A DNA stretch of 59,711 bases from Vicinamibacteria bacterium (lineage in GTDB: Bacteria; Acidobacteriota; Vicinamibacteria; Vicinamibacterales; CAVVIG01), in NCBI GenBank assembly GCA_041476545.1, contig JBGOTP010000001.1, positions 1 to 59,711 on the forward strand, in the 5' to 3' direction. This document shows, piece after piece, positions 54,043 through 59,711 of the stretch. A program made the translations under genes and the position numbers. Each line of letters opens with the position of its first letter. Positions within the stretch are counted from its first letter, which is position 1. The notes beneath the pieces are model-generated. The model did no database searches and was not told the origin of the DNA. It saw only the letters and a list, made by a program, of their open reading frames with translations.

Positions 54043-55269
54043 TTAGAGAGAGACCGCGATTGGCGCGGTCTCTCCTTCATCTCTCGACGTCACTGTGCGG
54101 AGCGGCAGTGCAATGACGACGGCCGTGCCCCGGCCGGACGGTCGCGCCTCAATCCAGATGCGTCCAGCCTGCGCCTCGACGAGCCGCCTCGCAATCGGCA
54201 GGCCCAGACCGACGCCCGCCGCCCGGCGGGGATCAGCGGCCTCCCGTCCCGGGACGCGAAAGAACTTCTCGAAGACCTGCTCCCGAAGTTCGGGAACGAT
54301 GCCCGGCCCCTCGTCGGTGATGACGATGCGCGCGTGGCCCTCGTTGTCGCGCGCGGTCGTCACGCCGATGTCGGTGCCGGCCGGCGCGTATTTGCTCGCG
54401 TTGTCGAGCAGGATATAGATCACTTCGGCGATGGCGGCGGCATCGACCGGCAGCGCCGGCAGATGGTCGTCGAGCGCCAGGCGCACGTGGTGGTACCGCG
54501 TCACCGTGCCGGCCCGCGCGAGCCCGGCTTTCACAATCGCGTCGAGATGCACGGCCGGTGTCCCATGCGCCTCGGACGGGTCCCGATGGTCGGCCTTGGA
54601 CAGTCCCTCGATGAAGCGATTGAGGCGATCGGATTCCTCATCGATCACTTCGAGCAGTTCGCGCCGCCCTTCCGCGGGAAGGGTTCCCCGCTGATTCCAG
54701 TCGTTCGAGCCCATCAGCGCGGTCACCGCCGCTTTGATGGCGGTCAAGGGCGTCCGCAGGTTGTGTGTGAGCGCATCGAGCAGGGCGGCCTTGAGCTGTT
54801 CGTTGCGCCGCGCGGCTTCCGCCTCGCTCGCCCGATCGAAGGCGAACTGCAGTTCCTGGTAGAGCCGCTCGATCTCCCGTCGTCCCGTCTGCGCCTCCAC
54901 GTGCCGGCGCTCGGCGCGCGCGGCCAGCTCGCCGACAACAATGGCCGTAATCGTAAAGGTGGAGAACGCCACCCAGTCGTTGGGATCTTCAAAGCGCGCC
55001 GCGCCAACCGGAGACAGAAAATAGTACGAGAATCCAAGCGCCGCCGACGCGGACGCCAGCAGCCCCGGACCCGTCCCCCATGTCCGCGCGATGATGAGCA
55101 CGGCGAGCAGCAGCACCGGCGCCGCCGCTTCGGCCGTAATGGCTGGCGTCATGTGCAGGGCCGCCACGCACGGCGCGATGATCATCGTCGCCGAAAGGTA
55201 AGCGAGTGCGCGCGCGCGTGCCGTCCGCTGCATGATCCCGACCGATCCCATTATAGGCGGCGGATTCAC
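54043..55269 (-). CDS. Sensor histidine kinase with DUF4118-type membrane domain (C-terminal half of KdpD-like kinases)
   Basis: Membrane domain ...GFSYYFLSP...F...DWVAF..F. H-box LTHNLRTPLTAI. HATPase motifs DEGPGI, GVGLGLPIAR. Confidence 0.85.
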   Translation of the reverse strand: MNPPPIMGSVGIMQRTARARALAYLSATMIIAPCVAALHMTPAITAEAAAPVLLLAVLIIARTWGTGPGLLASASAALGFSYYFLSPVGAARFEDPNDWVAFSTFTITAIVVGELAARAERRHVEAQTGRREIERLYQELQFAFDRASEAEAARRNEQLKAALLDALTHNLRTPLTAIKAAVTALMGSNDWNQRGTLPAEGRRELLEVIDEESDRLNRFIEGLSKADHRDPSEAHGTPAVHLDAIVKAGLARAGTVTRYHHVRLALDDHLPALPVDAAAIAEVIYILLDNASKYAPAGTDIGVTTARDNEGHARIVITDEGPGIVPELREQVFEKFFRVPGREAADPRRAAGVGLGLPIARRLVEAQAGRIWIEARPSGRGTAVVIALPLRTVTSRDEGETAPIAVSL

Positions 55270-55328
55270 GCGGGCGCGTGCCTCCGCGCTATTATGCTTT
55301 CCTTGTGTCCGACCCGCGCCGGATCGAC

Positions 55329-55826
55329 ATGCTGCTGACCGCCGAGGAGATTCGCCGGCGTGTCGGCGACATCGCCGCCCAAATCACTCGCGATTGCCCG
55401 GATGGCGTCCACGTCGTCGCGGTGATGAAAGGCGCCTTCGTCTTCCTGTCCGATTTGATCAGGCAGATGGATGGTCCTGTCACGGTCGATTTCATCGCGC
55501 TGGCGAGTTACGCGGACGGCACCACCAGTTCCGGCGACGTGCGAGTGCTCACGGATGCTGACACGGACATCGCGGGCCGCGACGTGGTCCTCGTCGAGGA
55601 TATCGTCGACAGCGGCCTGACGCTCACGGCGCTGCACGCGCTCCTCCGTGCCCGCGCACCCAGAACCTTGCGGACGGCGTGCCTGCTCAGCAAGCCCTCC
55701 CGGCGGCAAGTGGACGTGAAGGTCGAGTACATCGGCTTCACCATCGATGATCACTTCGTCGTGGGGTACGGCCTCGACCATGCCGGCCGGTATCGCAATC
55801 TGCCGTACATCGCGGTGTTGACGTGA
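55329..55826 (+). CDS. hpt: Hypoxanthine phosphoribosyltransferase
   Basis: Collinear with E. coli Hpt (VLVEDIVDSGLTL, LLSKPSRR, VVGYGLD...YRNLPYI). The start may be GTG 55305 or ATG 55278. Confidence 0.9.
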   Translation: MLLTAEEIRRRVGDIAAQITRDCPDGVHVVAVMKGAFVFLSDLIRQMDGPVTVDFIALASYADGTTSSGDVRVLTDADTDIAGRDVVLVEDIVDSGLTLTALHALLRARAPRTLRTACLLSKPSRRQVDVKVEYIGFTIDDHFVVGYGLDHAGRYRNLPYIAVLT

Positions 55827-55900
55827 CGCTTCGTGTTAGTCTCACTACACCTGCGCCATCGACCGTGAACTGAACGCGCGTACGTTCATCGTGCCGGGCC

Positions 55901-56761
55901 TTGGGAATGCATACCATGCCACAACGCCACGCATCGGAATCCGATCGCCGCGCGCGCACACCGACCGACACCGAGCGGTGGTCGACCGCGCTGACGTCCA
56001 TTGCGCCGAACTCGATTCTCATCCGCGGCTATCCCGTGGACGAGATGATGGGACGGCTGTCGTTTGCCGACGCCGTCTATCTGCTCCTGATGGGGGAACT
56101 ACCCACGCCCGCGATCGGCCGCATGCTGAATGCGGTGCTCGTGTCCTCCCTCGATCACGGCGTGACCCCGCCGTCGACGCTGGCCGCGCGCAATGTCGCC
56201 ACGTCCGGGGCGCCGCTCAAGGACTGCGTCGCAGCGGGCATTCTCGCGTTTGGGCGGCATCACGGTGGCGACATCGAGTCGTGCATGCGTTTTCTCGACC
56301 GCGGGCTGACGCTCGTGCGCGGCGGCCGTTCGGTGCGGCAGGCAGCCGACGAGATCATCGCCGACTGCGTGCGCGACGGCCAGGCACCGCCTGGATTCGG
56401 CCATCGCTTCCACACGCGGGATCCCCGTGCGTCGCGGCTATTTCAGATGGCTCTCGAACTGGAGCTCGAGGGCGAGCACGTGCGGATGATCCGCGCGGCG
56501 GAACGGGCGCTCGACGCCCGCGAGGCGGACACGGGCCGGCATCTGCCGGTGAACGTGGACGGAGCCATTGCGGCCGTCTGCGCGGATCTCGGATTCGCGT
56601 ACGAACTGGGCAATGCGATCTTCCTGATTTCCCGTCTGCCCGGCCTCATCGCGCACGCGCACGAAGAGCGGACGCGCCAGGCACCGATGCGGCAGATCGA
56701 TCCGAAGGATCACGACTACGACGGGTCCGCGGCGCGCCGCCTGCCCGAAGGCCGAAAGTAG
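55901..56761 (+). CDS. Citrate-synthase-fold protein, citryl-CoA lyase-like
   Basis: 286 aa. IRGYPVDEMMG.LSFADAVYLLL.GELP, DHG..PPST.AAR, GHRFHTRDPRA. Confidence 0.75.
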   Translation: MGMHTMPQRHASESDRRARTPTDTERWSTALTSIAPNSILIRGYPVDEMMGRLSFADAVYLLLMGELPTPAIGRMLNAVLVSSLDHGVTPPSTLAARNVATSGAPLKDCVAAGILAFGRHHGGDIESCMRFLDRGLTLVRGGRSVRQAADEIIADCVRDGQAPPGFGHRFHTRDPRASRLFQMALELELEGEHVRMIRAAERALDAREADTGRHLPVNVDGAIAAVCADLGFAYELGNAIFLISRLPGLIAHAHEERTRQAPMRQIDPKDHDYDGSAARRLPEGRK

Positions 56762-56792
56762 CGCGAGGCGCGATGATATAGTTACGTCAAAA

Positions 56793-56869
56793 GGGCGCTT
56801 AGCTCAGCTGGTTAGAGCGCGTGCTTCACACGCACGAGGTCGGGGGTTCGAGCCCCTCAGCGCCCACCA
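56793..56869 (+). tRNA. tRNA-Val (anticodon CAC), CCA-encoded
   Basis: Manual cloverleaf: GGGCGCT/AGCGCCC acceptor, GCTC/GAGC D arm, CGTGC-TTCACAC-GCACG, GGGGG-TTCGAGC-CCCTC, A, CCA. Confidence 0.9.
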
Positions 56870-56997
56870 TTCAACCGCAGTAAAGACAATCACTTAGCGA
56901 AGTTGGCAAAAACGAAGAGGGCGCGAGCCTGCCCTTTGGGGACGGTTTGGGGACGGTTTGGTGGCACTTTGAAGGCGGTCTCCTGTCGTCAAAATAG

Positions 56998-57013
56998 CTT
57001 TTGATATCAAAAG
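56998..57013. repeat. Perfect 16-bp palindrome CTTTTGATATCAAAAG
   Basis: Read directly. Preceded by the tandem 11-mer TTTGGGGACGG x2.x at 56935-56967. Confidence 0.8.
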
Positions 57014-57046
57014 TCGGTAGGCTGTTTCCGGGCTGAAGGCGGGTCG

Positions 57047-57727
57047 TCAGTCCCTGTGGAGGACGGCTGGATGTCGACGCGAGATCGCAAAAATGGCCGG
57101 CCAACCAAGAACGCCGATCGGAGAGCACCGGCAGGAATATTGGCGCTGCAGCGCGAGCTGAGGGTCCGACTCGTCAGCTCGGGGGGACGCCCATCGGATC
57201 CCAGCGCCGACAATTCGCCGGCTCGTGACCCTCAAGAAGGACGTCTGGAAGGACCTGCAACGGCACGCTGCCCTGCTCTCAAGGCTCGGCCAGGGCGTCA
57301 GTCCGGGACAGTTCGCGGCGATGCGAGTCAGATCGTAATACGACGCGATCGGCATCGAACCGACGGCTTCAAGGCAGCGAGCAAGAAGTCGGTCACACAG
57401 CTGCCGCCAGTCTTCGCCGGTCGGAATCGCATGAACCGGCACTTCCATCTCGACCCATGAATCCGGAAAGGTACTCTCGATCGCCTCCGCTATCGGGAGC
57501 ACCACTTTCCGAAATCGGTCGTCGTCTTCTCGACGTCGCTGATACGTGTCGAGTGACGTGTGCTCGACGGCATGACGGGTGTTCTTGCGGTCGACGATGG
57601 CGTCACAGCCACCCTGCCCCGGCTTCTCTCGGTCGGGGTGCTCGACGACCGTGATCGGAGACCTTTCAATTCTTCCGATCACGGTGCACCAGCCGTCGAT
57701 GGCGCGATCTTCGCGTTCCGTGTTCAT
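57047..57727 (-). CDS. Hypothetical protein, N-terminal PD-(D/E)xK-like (restriction-endonuclease-fold) motif; C-terminal third doubtful
   Basis: 226-aa track ORF. The first ~135 aa look protein-like (..VEHPD..x10..CDAIVDR..TRHAVEHTSL..). The last ~90 aa are Arg/Cys/Ser/Trp-rich and overlap a better-looking plus-strand reading. Confidence 0.45.
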   Translation of the reverse strand: MNTEREDRAIDGWCTVIGRIERSPITVVEHPDREKPGQGGCDAIVDRKNTRHAVEHTSLDTYQRRREDDDRFRKVVLPIAEAIESTFPDSWVEMEVPVHAIPTGEDWRQLCDRLLARCLEAVGSMPIASYYDLTRIAANCPGLTPWPSLESRAACRCRSFQTSFLRVTSRRIVGAGIRWASPRADESDPQLALQRQYSCRCSPIGVLGWPAIFAISRRHPAVLHRD

Positions 57728-57860
57728 GGTTAAGGCATGGATAAAGTTGATGCTATCGCCATTTCAACTGCATACGCCAACTCCCTGCTCGACCCGCTGT
57801 TGGATCGCCCGGCCTGAGTCAGCCTCGCGGGTCGCTCAGCAACTGAAGCAGCATGCCGCG

Positions 57861-58955
57861 CTACTTCGACGACAGCGCGGTCATGATGTCAACGGCCGTC
57901 GGTCGCTTGCTCTGCTCAAATTCAAGCATCTGCCGGATGAGGAAGTTCGTTTGTGAATCTGTGGACGCGTCCGCAAACGCCTTAGCGCCGACGACGAACG
58001 GGTCTGGGGTGTCACCAGTCAGCATTTCGTACCAACTGATACCCAACGCGTAGATGTCGCTCGCTGCGGTAGCTTCGTGCGGCGCGACTCTCTGTTCATG
58101 GGCCATGTAGTACCAAGAGCCCAGTTGGATAGATGCCTTCGTGATTGTTGCGGCGGAAGTGAACGCTGGATTCATATCCGACCACCGAACGATGCCGAGA
58201 TCGCCGAGCACGTACCGATCGCCGAAGCGAAGAATGTTGTGCGGCTTTACGTCGCGATGAACGCACCCCATGTCGTGCAGATACTTAAGTCCGGTGGCGC
58301 TCGCGGAGATCACGAGACGAGCCTGATCGGCGGTCAGGGGCGCAGCCTCGATTTGCGCACCAAGCGACTGATCGGCCAACTCCATGACCAAGAATGGGTG
58401 CCCATCGTAGGTGCCTCGATCAATGTGCGTAACGATATTCGGGTGTGAAAGCGCTGCCCCGTTCTCCGCCTCTCGTGAGAATCGACGTTTCACATCGTTG
58501 AGCATCGAGGGGTCAAGCAAGTCCGCCCGAGGATCCACGACCTTGATGGCGAACTCCTTTCGGCCGACGACGCGCTGACACCGCCACACTTGCGCCACGG
58601 CGCCACGTCCCAGCTCAACGACGAGTTCGTAGTCGAAGTCTCTCGCCTTGAATCGAAGGCCAGGCGACAGGGCCAATGTTGCTGGCCTGATCTGTGTGAA
58701 TGCGTTGTCGATGTCTTCCTTTGTGATCAACGCACCATCTCGCCGAACGCGAAACTTCGCATGCTCGATAGGACGCAAGCTAGTCGTCGGCGTCAAGAAA
58801 GGTGCGAACGCGTTCTTGCTGTTGTGTGCTTCGAGAGTGGCTGGACTCCACTCAGTCGCGGCCATCAGCTCGACAGCCGTGACGATGTCTCCTTCTTTCT
58901 TGCTCTTCAGGTGTTGCTGGAACCGCTCAAGCCACGGTCGGAGTTTCTTGGCCAT
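57861..58955 (-). CDS. Ser/Thr protein kinase with ~110-aa N-terminal domain of unknown function
   Basis: LGRGAVAQVW, FAIKVV, HRDVKPHNIL, LGDLGIVR, YMAHEQ. The likely start is MAKKLRPW (ATG 58955), 5 nt after the upstream stop. The track ORF starts at 58982. Confidence 0.8.
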   Translation of the reverse strand: MAKKLRPWLERFQQHLKSKKEGDIVTAVELMAATEWSPATLEAHNSKNAFAPFLTPTTSLRPIEHAKFRVRRDGALITKEDIDNAFTQIRPATLALSPGLRFKARDFDYELVVELGRGAVAQVWRCQRVVGRKEFAIKVVDPRADLLDPSMLNDVKRRFSREAENGAALSHPNIVTHIDRGTYDGHPFLVMELADQSLGAQIEAAPLTADQARLVISASATGLKYLHDMGCVHRDVKPHNILRFGDRYVLGDLGIVRWSDMNPAFTSAATITKASIQLGSWYYMAHEQRVAPHEATAASDIYALGISWYEMLTGDTPDPFVVGAKAFADASTDSQTNFLIRQMLEFEQSKRPTAVDIMTALSSK

Positions 58956-58960
58956 TGGCG

Positions 58961-59401
58961 TTAGCGCAGCTGGCGGTGCCACGATCTCAAGACCACCGCT
59001 CTGCGCTCCGCCGTCGCCGGTGAGAGGCCGCTGAGACGCGAGATTCTGTCGCCGATCTTCTTCACATCCACTTCGGGCACGGACAGCAGGTTTGGAGCAA
59101 TGAGCTGGACCGAGGCGCAGTCGCTGACGGCGCTCGCCAGCTGCTTCTTTTCTTCAGGCGTGCCGACTTCCGTTGCGAGCAAACGCTTGGCACGAGGTGT
59201 CAGCTCGGGCTCGCCTTCAGGCTTCAGAAAGCCGAGAACCCGAGCCGCTTGCAGGCGGTAGCGAACGTGACGTTCCGAGAACTTCGTTTTCTCGGCCAAA
59301 TCCTTGACGGCAGTGGTCGGCGACACCGGTATCGCCTCCAGCAAGCGCCGGACAAGTGCGAGGGAATCCGCCTGCGGAACGTCTGAGGTCTTGAGCTTCA
59401 C
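58961..59401 (-). CDS. Hypothetical protein, winged-helix-like N-terminus
   Basis: 146-aa ORF with protein-like composition (..TAVKDLAEKTKFSERHVRYRLQAARVLGFL..). First gene of a three-gene minus-strand cluster. Confidence 0.6.
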   Translation of the reverse strand: MKLKTSDVPQADSLALVRRLLEAIPVSPTTAVKDLAEKTKFSERHVRYRLQAARVLGFLKPEGEPELTPRAKRLLATEVGTPEEKKQLASAVSDCASVQLIAPNLLSVPEVDVKKIGDRISRLSGLSPATAERRAVVLRSWHRQLR

Positions 59402-59512
59402 GGTCGGGCTTGCCCCGCGGGCATCTTACCGAAAGCGTCGGAGCGATGGTAGCGGGCAGCTGTGGAGGCATCGTGTGACCCGGGCTGTCACACCTTCGGT
59501 TACACTCAGGGC

Positions 59513-59711
59513 GTGCCAACCGCGGTCAAGATCGCATCGGAAACTGTTGCCCCTCCGCTCAAGTGGGCTGGCGGTAAACGCTGGCAAATACCGCACTTAC
59601 TGCCGCTGTGGCAATCGCACACTGGGCGCCGTCTCGTCGAGCCTTTTTGCGGCGGCTTGGCTGTCTCTCTGGGACTTCGTCCTCGGGCCGCGCTCCTCAA
59701 TGACGCCAATC
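59513..59711 (+). CDS. Dam-family (D12 class) N6-adenine DNA methyltransferase, 3' part beyond window
   Basis: Not in the ORF track because it runs off the right edge. My translation from GTG 59513 is VPTAVKIASETVAPPLKWAGGKRWQIPHLLPLWQSHTGRRLVEPFCGGLAVSLGLRPRAALLNDAN. It carries the KWAGGK, EPF.GG and LND.N motifs. The frame is open from 59453, with an alternative GTG at 59462. Confidence 0.8.
   Translation, partial: MPTAVKIASETVAPPLKWAGGKRWQIPHLLPLWQSHTGRRLVEPFCGGLAVSLGLRPRAALLNDAN

Noticed and set aside
56871-57128. 85-aa minus-strand ORF abutting the tRNA-Val 3' end.
   Set aside because: It runs through the tandem 11-mer and the palindrome, has Pro/Ser/Cys-rich composition and has no SD.

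Overview
High-G+C bacterial chromosomal segment. Gene content (Ser/Thr kinases fused to TolB-like beta-propellers, many PIN toxin pairs, ECF sigma/anti-sigma, a sigma54 activator) resembles soil Acidobacteriota-type genomes, but taxonomy cannot be established from the sequence alone. I count about 62 protein genes and 2 tRNAs (Gly-CCC, Val-CAC). I saw no rRNA, CRISPR array, transposase or integrase. The housekeeping backbone is: pepA (cut by the left edge); a thiolase plus a split scoA/scoB CoA-transferase; an 11-gene aromatic amino-acid operon on the minus strand (aroD/E fusion, trpEGDCFBA, chorismate mutase, DAHP synthase, tyrA); aroC; def-fmt-rsmB-PASTA-rpe-ybgC-bamD; pgsA; manC-pmm; hpt; and a citryl-CoA-lyase-like gene. 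The accessory content is: three PIN-type toxin-antitoxin pairs; a small-protein/nucleotidyltransferase pair; an orphan JAMM protease; a visibly AT-richer single-gene insertion encoding an ATP-grasp/GNAT(Fem/CelD-like) fusion; and an AT-richer island next to tRNA-Val (wHTH protein, Ser/Thr kinase, PD-(D/E)xK-like protein, divergent Dam-family methylase cut by the right edge). The most interesting observations are: (1) an unannotated ribosome-mediated Trp attenuator (WWYW leader peptide, antiterminator/terminator) directly in front of the aro/trp operon; (2) the kinase island at tRNA-Val as a candidate undescribed defence-like module; (3) the ATP-grasp/GNAT island; (4) a 93-bp inverted-repeat element between trpE and trpG that supplies the trpE stop codon; (5) an in-frame TAG splitting a kinase/beta-propeller gene; (6) several families of short intergenic repeats. 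All calls come from reading the translations and sequence by eye. No database search, fold prediction or G+C calculation was run.
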